This document shows positions 48,509 to 60,428 of a stretch of 64,000 bases of DNA, piece by piece. Numbering within the stretch: the first letter of the stretch is position 1; each line of letters opens with the position of its first letter. The notes under the pieces are model-generated. The model had not been told where the DNA came from. It saw only the letters and a list, made by a program, of their open reading frames with translations, and made no database searches. The stretch is from Ramazzottius varieornatus. Its lineage: Eukaryota; Animalia; Tardigrada. The stretch lies in NCBI GenBank assembly GCA_001949185.1, contig BDGG01000001.1, positions 4,949,624 through 5,013,623 on the forward strand. The letters run 5' to 3'. A program made the position numbers and the translations under genes.

Positions 48509-51161
48509 TTTGCCCACCACCAGCAAAATGGAAAACGGAGAGTTAAGCGAAGGAACGAGCCGAGGGAGGTCGCGTGGAAGGTGTAGCGACAAGAGCAAGC
48601 TGTCAACAGGATTTTCGGGAAGGACAGCAAAGCCACGTCGATTACGAAATCCTCGAGTCAAGTCAAGGACCCTAGAAATATTTGGCCGTGTGAAACTGGA
48701 GACACTCGAACTAGCTGGAGCGCATGAATTACATCATGGAACGATCGACAGCTGCTCTATATACTATCGAGAGCGGGAGCGAAGGAACGGCCCGCGGATA
48801 TGTAAACCAGGTTTTCCTGGATATCAAAGCTTCTTTGTCGGATTTCCACTAGTCACGTACGACCCACCCCACCCACCTACCCACAGCTTTGCCATCTGAA
48901 TCTATCGCACGTATCAACGAGTGGACTCGCTTCGTTCCTCAGGCTTCGACAACGTCATGCCACATCTCGTAGTCCATGTTCTTGCACCTCATTACCATGC
49001 ACCTTTCAAATATTAAGTACTTCACCGGCACCCTACGTACCGATCGACTTTGGTTTCACGGTACACACTGTGAAGAATGTACTGTATGCGCGTGACATTT
49101 GCGGAGTGACGAGAGGCAGTGTCCGACAAACCAGACCTTCGAAAATGGGCGTTGGTGGAAACCAGGTACCGGTAGCTTCGTCCAACCGAATTGGGAGATT
49201 TCGTCAACCTCAAACAGAACTCGCTAGCTATGTTTAAGAGGCCCCACCCATTTTCGAAGGTCTGTTTTTCGGACACGGTGCTGTACTGCGTTCAGCAAAA
49301 TGGGATCAACTTTATCTAGTACGCGGGCATCATGTTGGTGCGATGGTTTCACTGGAAAGGATTAGATTGTCTGGAGAGTGCAATAACTTGTTAATGCTCT
49401 TCCAGGATCAGAGTTATCGTCTCGGTGTTATAGTATCGGTCACCGACTCCCATCCATAAGAGCCCGTATTTTCTCCAGCTCTACACGGAAAAGTACTTAC
49501 CTAAGCTATCAATTTTTAATAGAGCAACGAGAATTACTTTCGGTGTACCCGTCACATCTTGCAAGTTGCACTATGGTGCGCATAATATCCTGTCTTCGTG
49601 ACACGGTCAGCCTTCTGTTAATGTACACGGAAGTGTGTAAGCAAGTGGACCAACAAAAGCGACATGCGCGTCAAAGGACTTCCTCTTGACACAGACGGAT
49701 CGACCAGAAGTCCGGCCTACATTAAATAAACAACTTAGATCCTCTACTGTGCCTTTCCCTATGGGATAATTTTCTGACAGCATCCCAGTGAGGAAAGGCT
49801 CTTTGGTGACGGTATTCTTCTTGGCGCCGATAGAGTAACCTCCCTGTATTTCTTAAGTAACAATGGTAAAGCGTAATATTTTTGCGATCTACGCATGCGA
49901 GCGCCGATCGAAACTTTATTGGTTGTAGCGACGAGCTGAAGCAGAAGCGTATGCCCGAGCGCACTCCGAAAATGAGACGCAGAAACCGCTGAACAATATG
50001 GTCCAAACGCGCGACCTTTGTTAGGTGTTTACCGTGTTTTTTTTTCTCTCGTGGGTTACGCCTTAAACTACCTCAAATAATTTCCCGCATGTATGATTTC
50101 CAAATACATGGAGAGAGTCTGAATTTTAAAACCACGCCTATTTGTATGCTTACATTAGGATAACAAGAGCAATATTTTCGTAGGAATCGAAGGGGTCGAT
50201 CGAGTTACGAAAACTGGGTAAGGCCCAATTGAAAAAACCCGAGGGTTGGGCTCAGCGCTTAGATGTCTTCCTGTAGTTGAAGAGAATACTGTACCAATTG
50301 GTTTGCACCTCAGGGAAATCCGTGGAGTAAGCGCAACATACTGCAGTAGCGTGCCTCACGGGCATGTGCTCAAAATACTGTATCGTTTGACCCTAGTGCC
50401 GGCCATGGATATCGCGTGGCGAAAATACTAACTGACTTTTATATTAACCAGCCATGCGACTAACTGATGCAATAAAAGAATCGTTTGCACACATTCCGGA
50501 CGGGTGCAGAACGTCGATTACTTATTGCGTCAAGTCCGTATGTTTCAAAGCGTTTTACTTGCTTCACGCTTTTAAATGATGCTACCCTAAAGTAAATCTA
50601 ATTTCGAAGATTCCGAAAGTGTTAGCAAGTGCCGTTGGATGTCTTGATGAACTTAGCAGAGCGATGTTCCGGTCGGTCGATATTATGGGATTTTGGGCAG
50701 AAAGTTTTATGCTTAGTTGATTTATGCAAAGTGTCAGTTAATATTTTTTCCCATACGATATTCCGATATAGTGCCAGCGTGTGGCACCAGCATCGCGGTG
50801 GAAGGGACTGGTCAAGCTTACTGCATAGCAGAATACAAGACACCGGTAATGAGAGTCAACAAACCGGATAAAGTTCGGTAACGTCCGTGGTTAACTATTT
50901 ACGTCATGACATTAATTCAGCCGCTGATGAAAGTCATGATCGCCGGCAGGAGTAGACCACAACTGCGTACGGATTTGGTGCGCTAATACCCACTCATTTA
51001 TAAACTAATCTACCTCAATACATCCTGTCTTCCGTTTCCGGGAAAACAGATCTCATGCTTGCAGCACAATAAAATACTAAGCTGTTGCATGGAGTACGTA
51101 CCCACAGAGAGACAGAGAGACAGAAAGAGGGAAAATCCGACCTGCCTGCACTATGGCCGAA

Positions 51162-52664
51162 TATTGGCCGCCCCAACAGCAAAAATGAGGTGGTAGTCTT
51201 CCTGCCTGTTTAAAGCTTGCTTATTTCTAAACTGGGGAACTTGGTCAATGTTACATCGATAAAATTTGCCAGCCTGAAAATAAGCAAGCTCTGGACAAGT
51301 CGCAGACAGGCCTCCATATGGAACTTCACTAGTCCATGACTAGTGAAATCTACCAGTCGGAAAAAATACAGGCTCTTAGCAGGCTCGACAAGTAGTTTTG
51401 TAAATTTGACCGAAATGCAAAACTGCACGTCGAGCCTGTTTACAATATTGCGCAAGTGTGTGACGTGCAGGTGCACGCGCAAAACAGTATGCATAAGCAA
51501 GTCGCTAAATTGCGCACCAGCAGTCTACGAACTTGGCACGCACACGTGAGAGACACGCACCTGTGTACTGTGTTGTGACACGCACCAGCAAGTCATACAC
51601 TTGTGTGATATCGTAAGCAGGCTCGACATGCAGTTTTTAATTTGGTCCAAATCACAGAAAATGCTTGTCGAGTCTGTTTAGAGCCTCTATTTTTTAGACT
51701 AATACTCGGTGTTTCAGGATGAAACTGCCGTTCTACGAAAACCTGTTTCGAAAATTTCTATCTCTGAACAGAAGCAATTGTATGATTCCCTTGCTTTGCC
51801 GAACATTTTGGACAGTCTGTTCTTTCGTCTGAGCATGAGGAAACTCCCCTTCAGCCTCATAATTAAATCCTGGAGCCATTTTAGTCTGTGGCACAATTCT
51901 GAACATTGAGACCTCCTCGTTAAAAGAATTGCTGTCGACACCAGCGTTCTCAAAAATTCGTGCCCTGTGTCGAGAGGTGCTACGGTGTTACCAGCTCCTG
52001 CAATAGTGGTCAAGATTTAAGACTTTATCGCATCCACCAAAAGTGTCGTTAATTGTATCCGCCCAGAATATGGCCGACGAGAACGAAAACCTTCCTACTT
52101 CACTAAGGTGGCGCATGTCCTTGTCGGCAAAAGACCACCCCGTTTGTCTCAACTTCTTGTTTTGCGAAATCCCAAAGGCCTTTTTCCTAGATTTATTTTC
52201 TGTTACTAGTAGCTACTGCGGTGGTGTAGCTGGCGGTGCAAGAAAAAATTCGGGAAAAGACCCTAGTTTGAAATAAATCATTGTCATTCTGAAATTTTTC
52301 TCTATTGTCCGCCTTTCATCGCTGTGAGAACAATTTGGTGGCAAAAACAAGGAGACTTTGTTGTTGAAGTTGGACATCAGCCGAATTTCAAAAGCCGTAT
52401 TACAACGCAGAAACGACGTTTTGAACTGCGATCCCAAAAAACGGCGAGTTTATACTGAAAGACCTAATAGATTTTACTAGTCATGGACTAGTGAAATTCC
52501 ATATGGAAGCCTGTCTGCGACATATTCAGAGTGCTTGTTTTCAGACTGGCAGATTTTGTCGATGTATTGATAACATTAAATGAATTCCCTAGTCTAAAAA
52601 TAAGCAAGCTCTAAACAGGCACGAAGACTACCAGCCTGGATTTTTGCCGTTGGGACCGCCCATA
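51162..52664. mobile_element. Non-autonomous foldback-type element with ~200-bp imperfect TIRs
   Basis: 51162-51358 is the diverged reverse complement of ~52461-52664 (shared actagtccatgactagt, ggtagtcttc, agcttgcttattt). No transposase ORF recognised. Confidence 0.8.
51355..51700. repeat. Nested long palindrome / MITE (~130-bp arms) inside the foldback element
   Basis: aaaaaatacaggctcttagcaggctcgacaag...gtcgagcctgtttac pairs with gtaagcaggctcgac...cttgtcgagtctgttagagcctctattttt. Confidence 0.8.
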
Positions 52665-52860
52665 GCCGAACGAACGCAGTTGTCATGCCGATTAATCTTT
52701 TGATAGCGCCATCAGCGGTGCGTGTTTTGTGGGATAAAGACTGCAGTCTGTGAAATATGGACGATTCCGAAAAAAGCTTGGACCAACAAGTTTCACAATC
52801 CGACGCGACCAGCTCCTGTTATGGTGCTTCGGATGTGCGCCTGGGCTTAACGTAGTAGAT

Positions 52861-54830
52861 TCATTCATGTAGTGTCTCGTTTAAGTAACCCGTCTGGTTT
52901 TGTATGATCCCAAGAATCAACCTGGCCAGGTGCGGGAAATCCGTTTTTTTAGCGTATTGCCGGTCATCACCGACCATGGCATCGCGTGTCTGGTGGATCA
53001 GAATTGCATATCCGACCAGCAAACCCATTACCTACAACACAAGATAGCGAAAAGTGCTATTATTGAAAGATGGCGTAAGGTCGTAGTGGTCGACAAGTCG
53101 ATCAACTTACACCTGTAAGAACTCTTCGGTAATTGAATTCCCGCAGCAGAGATGGCGCCACTGTTGTAGTCTATTCCACTCAGTATTCGCTTGTATTCGT
53201 CACGTGTTGCTTGGGACCTGGCGGCAGATTCATATTCTTGGAGAGTTTTTGCAATCGTTTGCACCAGTACAATGGGGTACAGGCTGTCAACTTGCTTGCA
53301 ACAGCGGGAACGTCCTTTACAGTCGAGTCTTTACCCTCTTCATCCAGTACCTTTCCATGACAGCGCAAGCAAAGAAACGTCCGTACGACCGAGTTGGCAA
53401 TGCCAATACACCCGACCGCTACGTCGAAATCGTCGGCTATCTTAGGTACCTTGTGCGCCAGACAGAATCTCACGACGAACGTTCAAATTTCACGTTGAAC
53501 GGTGAGTCATCTTCGAGCGCGACGTAAGTTACGTTGAGCGCGCTTCGTGACGGTGGCAAAATAACGATGAAGGCCCTGTTCGTTCGTGACGGTCAAATTT
53601 CACGACGCCGACTGCTCCGCGAATATTCAACTGTCTAAATTTCTCTCGTTCAGCAGTACAGCTCCGTGTACATACAGCACTCACGACCCGGGGCAAAGCC
53701 GAACGTTGCCCCAACTTATTTAATTTCTTGATCGGTTATTTTGCACCGTTCGTCGTGTTTTTCTCGCAAAAGCCAAATTTAAATTTTACGTCGGGGAGAA
53801 CCGTGAATTTCTCCAACGTGAAATTCCGCCGCTCGTAGCGAAATTCTGGCTGGCGCGTAAGGTCCCTCTTGTATCCATACTGACGCCAGTTGTGTGCGGT
53901 GGAGGTCTCGTCTGGTCCTGGAGGGTTATATACTCGCAACAATAGCGCCACGACAACCACATTGGAACAGAATTCCCGGAGAAAACTAGCCAAGACCAAC
54001 AAGTCAAAGCAGTCGTTAAACTTAGTGGCTAAGGTCCTCAACCAAGGTGATGTAGCTCGAGTTTCGTCAAAGTTTCCCCTTGGGAATCATGGTCGATTTG
54101 TTAGACCTTCTGTATGTGCTGATTAATCTCATGGAATCCAGCGGTCAACAAAGAGATGAGTATGAAATAGAAGCATGGCTCGGCCATCTCTGTATTCAAG
54201 TTCAGCATCTTGCTGACGCCGCCCACGATGTCGTCTAGGTACATCGGTACACTCGGCCCGACCAAGGTGAGAAATGTGATGGGTTTGGTGAAGCTCTCCC
54301 ATGTCTGCAAGTCATCCCAGATCAGCACCAAGAAACCGGCCAAATGCACAATTAAACAGATGGCAGTCCATCCAAAAGCTAAGACCGCATTCCGATGGAT
54401 CTGCTTAACCAAGTCCCGGGAAGGGATGAGGTCACCCAACACGACGGACATTTCAGGAAGGAACTTTGAAATCTGCGTGCTTTTCCATAACATGATGGTG
54501 AAGATCGCCACGGTTTGCACAGCCAGATCGAATCGGGCGAAGTGAGTGACCAGTCTGAAGAACTCGAACGAGCTCAGATCCTTTAGGTACAACCTGTAAC
54601 ACACAGCACGCGTCTTATCATAGACATCCACAGAAACAGAATTTTCCTGTCGCTTACATTGTGTAGTCCGCCAAATTTACGAGGGAGAGTACGAAAATGA
54701 GGAATGCAATGCAGTAGCTCCACCATAGAATCCATTTCTCTCGGCCTTGTCTCGGTTTGACGCCTGTGCTTTCTGTTAAAGGGTAGAGGCCATAGCGTCG
54801 AAGGTACTTAAGGGGAGGTTATCGTGTACT
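52861..54830 (-). pseudogene. Gustatory-receptor-like pseudogene, paralog of 62185-63736
   Basis: Exon-by-exon similarity to the downstream copy (YLRRYGLYP, ARFDLAVQT, LNTEMAEPCFYF, KFNDCF, VGCIGIAN, GAISAAGI, GYAILIHQTRD). In-frame TAA at 54103-54101, frameshift near 54045, MITE in exon 2, eroded start. Confidence 0.85.
53444..53867. mobile_element. MITE with ~85-bp imperfect TIRs and 3-bp TSD (CTT), PIF/Harbinger-like, inserted in a coding exon
   Basis: ctt|aggtaccttgtgcgccagacagaat...attctggctggcgcgtaaggtccct|ctt. Removing it plus one TSD restores YGYK-IADDFDVAVG, collinear with the paralog. Confidence 0.88.
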
Positions 54831-54866
54831 CTGGCCCTTCTGGGAAACGATTAGGTACGGGAGATA

Positions 54867-56521
54867 CAGTCACGGTCATGGGTCATGGGCACCCTCGTAA
54901 ACTTTCCCTTTTTCTGGTAAAGCTCGTCAACGGTCACTCCGATTCGTTTCCAATTTTATGTACATCTGGTTCGAAGCTTTACCCATCTACTAATGATAAT
55001 TCACATCAGAAAGGATAACTTAGAAAAGCGAGGAAAATATTTTTCCCAATTGTGCCCAAAGTTCCCCAGCTAAAAAATATCGCATCACCTTCAGACGAAA
55101 ATTTTTTTCTCACGTTTTCCTCGTTACGCGCTGGCTTCTTAGTATTTCGCTGGGTAGCCACGGTTCTTCTTTACCTTTCGAAGCCGGTTAGGAATGGAAC
55201 GAACTAACTTTGCGCATATTTCGGGGTCCATTCCGTACCAGATTTCCTTGACGGTTTCCTCCAGTTCTTCCAGGTTCGAAGGATGCCTTCCTTTCAGCTG
55301 GCGTTCGACTTCCGGCCATAAGTGCTCTATTGGGTTAAGGTCTGGTGAGTAGGGTACCCACTGCAAGACTTCTACTTTTCGATGATCCAGTCCCGAGAAA
55401 CGATTGAAGTATGCTTCGGATCGTTGTGCTGGTAGTGCCACCCCTTCTTCAACTTCAATTTCTTCGCCGACTGAAGGACGTTCTGGTCCATAATGTTTCG
55501 ATACATGAGGCCATCCATATTTCCTTTTATCACAACGAGATTTTCCACTCCTCTAGCGCTGAAACATCCCCAGAACATCAGCCGACCACCACCATGCTTC
55601 ACAGTCGGTACCGTGCAAACTGGCGCATATTCCTCACCCGGCTTTCTCCAAACTCGAACCATTCCATCTGAACCAAAGAGGTTTATTCTGGTCTCATCTG
55701 ACCACAAGACGTTATTCCAAAACGACTGCGGTTCCTTTGCGTACATCTTGACAAAGTTTAGACACTTCATTCTGCTAGCGTAGTTGACGAACGGTTTTTT
55801 ACGGGCCACCCTTCCAAACATACCTTGCTCCGCCGTTTGACTGTGGACTCCGAGATGTCAACTTGATGTTCGGTCTTGATTTGGGCTTAGATTTTAACAG
55901 CAGAAATACGCCAATCTTTCTTTGCCTTGCGCACGATAATCCGATCCATGAGGGCAGTGGTCTTCCGAGTTGGTCCCGGTCGTCGCTTCACTTCTGCTGA
56001 TCCCGTCATCTCGAGCTTCTTGATCATATTCTGGACTGTAGTCCGTGGAAGACATACCGGGCGAGCTATTTCACTCGCTCCGACGCGATTTGAATGATGT
56101 TTGATGACAAGTTCTCGAATTTGAAGGGAGTGCTCAGATCTGCAGGAAGACATTTTCGAAACGTTTTTTTCTAAGATCTAGAACAGAAGAATTTGTTGGT
56201 TCAAACACGTGAGAACACGTAACAAAACCTGTGGTTTATGTGGAAAAAGATTTACATTGAACGGTCTTGTGGACACCAAGTTATTAATTTTTGAATCCAG
56301 GATTACCGTATCGGTGGACATTAGGAATTCCGGTCTTTTGGGTCGCCGAAATACAACGTTTGTTTTACTTTGAGATTTACTTTCATTGTCTTTACAGTTT
56401 GAAAAGTAGTGTTTTGCCGGTTAGGAGAAGAAACAATAATGTGATTCCGTCCAGAGGATCGCGGTGTATACCGAAAAAAGTGAAAATTTGCAAGGGTGCC
56501 CGTGACCCATGACCGTGACTG
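54867..56521 (-). mobile_element. Degenerate Tc1-family (DDE) transposon
   Basis: TA-flanked ~50-bp TIRs cagtcacggtcatgggtca(t/c)gggcaccct. Transposase 56153-55139 in three frames: HTH, ARKKP, WSDETRI, TVKHGGG, WGCF, QH-NDPKH (second catalytic Asp codon missing), SPDLNPIEHLW. Confidence 0.95.
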
Positions 56522-57034
56522 TAGGAGAACGTTTTCCGTGTGAAGACCGTTCCGTATGTTACAGCAATTTACTGGTACGCACAACGCACAAAGACGCTGA
56601 TGTGCGCTTCTGTAGACCCAAACACAAACACAATTTTGGCTTTGCAGCGTTCTACCTCGACTCGTACGTCTGGTCAAGAGCCAACCAGTACTAGAGTTGT
56701 AGACAACAACCTCGGCTACAAAGTGATAGTTTTTTCAAACGGCGACCTGCAACGCCGATCGAGCAATTTTGAGAAATGGCAGAGCAACTCACTTCGGAGG
56801 CCGATTTCCCAAGAACCGCAGACGGTCGCGGTCTCCAAAACTAACACTCTGTGGACACAACTGTGACTAAATTGTTTCTGATAATTGTTCTGATTATTCG
56901 TCTATTTTTGGTAAAATTTTAATTGTGATCGGGTCGACTGTTCCGCGCGACCGGCCACAATGTACCCAGTCGCTCTGTCCGAAAGATAAAAGAAGGGCTG
57001 CTTCCGGGTTGACCCAACTAGCTTCATAACTGTA

Positions 57035-59804
57035 CGAGGAAGACTCCATAATTATGTCAGGGTGAGATTCACACTGTAATTCGGTCAGGCTTTTTTCTCG
57101 ATGCCCACTGGACCGAATCTTCCACTGCTTGTTTATACGTTGTAACGACAACTTTGCCGAGTCTTCTATTAAGTTTGAAGAGATTCACGAGATAAAATGA
57201 GGAGATATAGGCTCTGGAAGTCAGGAGCATCCCGCTAATGTCAAAAAGCCTGCGAAATAAATCAAGACAAGGCCGCTAGGGGGCACGTTCGTCGTTTTTT
57301 GCAGAAATGCTTGCAAACAGGAACACCACGTCATGTCGTCGGTTTCTGCCTTTACAGCACGATCATGAACGTTGCATTGGCTCAGCATGGAATCCATGAC
57401 GTATAGCTCTCCCGATACGTGCAGTGATGCCGTACTGCATTGCCAGTTTTCACAAAAGGATATTTCCTGCAGATTTTCTGGTCTTTCATACTGCGATATT
57501 TCTCTCTCACGATGGCTGTCCGTTCTCAGCTGAAAACAGCGTTTCAGGTGCACCAAGAGTTGTCGTTGGAAGCAGCTATTCACGAGGTAAAGAACGGCCA
57601 GAGTCAAGCCTCTGCAGCAAAGATATACAGGATCAGCCGTACAACCTTGCGTAATCGCCTGCAGAACTCGACTCCGTCTTCCGTTGGTGCTCCAACAAAA
57701 TTCGCATCCCACGAAGAAGACCGTCTTGCCGAGTTTTTCTTAGCCTGCAGTGATCAGGGAGTCCCTCTTAACCGATATCATTGCCTGCAGATCTTTTCGG
57801 AAGTGGCGATAGAACTTGGTAAGTTCACCTCAATAAACAACAGACAAAAGTAATTACCATTTTTATTACGATTTATCACAAAATGTTTGAATTGTAGGGA
57901 TGCAGTCTACCACTTTCAACGACGCATTTTTTAACCGCTTCATCTCCCGCCATCCTGACGTTTCCTTGCGCATTACTCACGCTTCCAACCGGAAGAAAGA
58001 TCGAGAATGGACCACCGAACTTTGTGAGGAGTACATCTCTAGGTTGCGAAGCTTGTTTGACAGAGGATTCCTCGAAAGACCGGAGCAAGTATGGAACTTG
58101 GACGAGACGGCTTTTGATACATCTGAAATGTACGATCGCGTGGTTGCCAGAAAGGGAGTCAATCAGATCCCTTCACAATTTGACGGGAACGAGAAAGAGT
58201 GTGTCACCATTTTACCATGCGGTAATGCTGCTGGAGTCCAGCTTAAATTTATGGCTCTGTACGCAGGAAAAGTTCATGTGCAGTCCCGTCTAGATGACAC
58301 CTTCGGTCTCTGCTACCATGCGGTCAACTCTTCCGGCTACATGGACACTGTACACTTCGCGAACTACATAAGAAAGGAGGTCTTTCCTGCTATGAACGAG
58401 CTCAAGGTAAGCTGAATTTGAGCATGACGTCACAAAAATTTCGATTTTTTAGTAACTTGCGAGCATGCATCACTATGAATATTATGACGTCATCTGGTTG
58501 CGACATTGCGAGGAATCCTCTTTTATTCTATTTTAATTGTAGTCTGTAATCTTTCTGGATGGCCATTATTCCCACGTCAACAATTTGCGGCTGATACGGT
58601 ACTGCAAGCAGTTCTTTGAAGAATCGGGAAAGCAGGTCGAGATATTCTGTCTTCCATCTGGTCAGACTAGTCATCTCCAACCGTTCGATGTGTCTGCGTT
58701 TGGAGGTGTCAAAAAGAAGTGGAAGATGTATCTCCGTGACCGAAAGCTCGTCAAAGGAGGACGAGTAAGCAGTGTTTTGCTGAGCAAGAATGCTTTTCAG
58801 TTTTTGTATATTCGCTGTGTTCATAGGGATTCCCTTTTAACTGTCATACTTTTAGGTGACGAAGGACAATCTACTGTCGCACGTGGTGAAACTTTGGTAC
58901 CGAACCGAAGGATGCACGGAAAGGTACGCGTTCAATGTTGGACAGAGTTTACAGTCTGGGTTTGCCAAGACGGGATTGTTCCCGTTTTCACCGGAAGTGA
59001 TACGACAAACGGTGAAGCTTCACCACGATCCCCAAATAATCGAGCGCGGAATCCGCCGAGAAATACAGCAGGACTTCGGTCCTTTGATTAATATACTGAA
59101 AGACCAGTACAACATCTCCGCCGAAAAGGACCTCGAAGATATCAAGGAGTTCATTCAGCTTAAACAGAAGGGTATTACCCCCGGGGCCGTGTTGGCCAAT
59201 GTGATGCAGAAGGACTTGTTTGGAGAAGCACCGAAAAAGCAACGACGACAGGTAAACAGGCAGCTGAATACCGAACCAGGTGCGCTGATCACCGGTCCCG
59301 AATTTGTTGCCGAGTTGGAGAAAGAAGATGAGAAGAAGAAGGCAGAGAAAGCTGCTGTTGAAGCAAAACGAAAGGCTGCAGCTGAAAAGAAAAAGGAAAA
59401 TGCCACGAAAGAAAAAGATGAGAGTCCCACAGCATCGAAGCGCAAGGCATCAAATGTGAAGTCTCTGACAAGCAAGAAAGCACGAGTTTAGTTTATCTTG
59501 GCGGAATGCGCCGTTGTACGATATTTGAGACGCATTCCGCTTTTTGAAGACTTAAAAATGTTGTACTTTGCTGATGATTTGCTCAGGTGATCAGAGAATT
59601 TAGGGATCAGAAAGGTAGAATTAAATCGAAATAGTGCAGTTCAAATTCTCCCAGAGTTTTCCCGTCCAACAGCACATAAACGTAGTACGGTATCAGGCTC
59701 AGCACGGATCGCTAATGCTTGCGACACTGCTGCCCCCGCACACCACTGTCCTGACCGAATTATGGTGTAAATTTTACCCTGACATAATTATGGAGTCTAC
59801 CTCG
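57035..59804 (+). mobile_element. pogo/Fot-like DNA transposon, ~2.8 kb, TA-flanked
   Basis: ~55-bp imperfect TIRs cgagg(a/t)agactccataattatgtcagggt...aattcggtcagg at both ends, each flanked by TA, enclosing a transposase gene. Confidence 0.9.
57512..59491 (+). CDS. pogo-family transposase (psq-type HTH, CENP-B HTH, DDE_1), 557 aa, exons 57512-57818, 57898-58406, 58543-58764, 58856-59491
   Basis: Three GT-AG introns splice in frame without stops; catalytic motifs WNLDET, FLDGHYSH, HLQPFD; GFAKTGLFPF; Lys-rich tail. Confidence 0.9.
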
Positions 59805-60204
59805 TATATCTTGAAAACTATAAAAGTCGTCAAGTCAATTTTGCTAGCCAGCATGGGACACATAGGGGACACATTGAATTATATCACTAGACGGTTTTGA
59901 TTTTGCGGTTGTCGACCCTTTCTGGAACAATACCCTTCCCTTACGGTATCTGACGCTTGCAACCGAGATATTTGTTGAGTCTTCCATTATGCTCGCTTCC
60001 GTGCCGGATAAATAACTTCGAGACCACGAGCGTTTATTCGACGGAAAATATATCGCAGAAAAGCTTCGCAAACTAAGGGCCCAAGAATAAAAAATCGTAG
60101 ATTTAGAGTACGCCGCACTAGGGGATCCTCGCTGTTAGTAGCAATATGCACTATGAGTTTACTAAACTGCACATGTGTGCGCATCATATGTGCATTTCAT
60201 TTCA

Positions 60205-60428
60205 GTCAATCAATCGATCAATCGAGAACAGTATTTGGTTGTTTGATTGATGAAATCGGCGATGAGTTTCCTCGCCGATTGATTGCTTGAATTTTCCGAC
60301 TGTCCCTGGGATTTTGTTTGACTGATTTGTTGATTGACCTTCACTGGTTTTTGATGATCCGATCCACCCGGATTGTTGGGTTGATGGATCCGCATTGATG
60401 ATCCGGTCTAACCGGATTGATGATTGGG
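60205..60428. repeat. Degenerate TTGAT/ATCAA short-motif array
   Basis: Many ttgat(t/g)gat(cc) units, the first few in inverted orientation (tcaatcaatcgatcaatcg). Confidence 0.55.

Noticed and set aside
54811-56716. Possible outer element hosting the Tc1 (TTAA at 54808; weak inverted similarity near 56700)
   Set aside because: The match is too weak, there is no second TTAA, and 54808-54830 can be explained as the eroded 5' end of the GR pseudogene.
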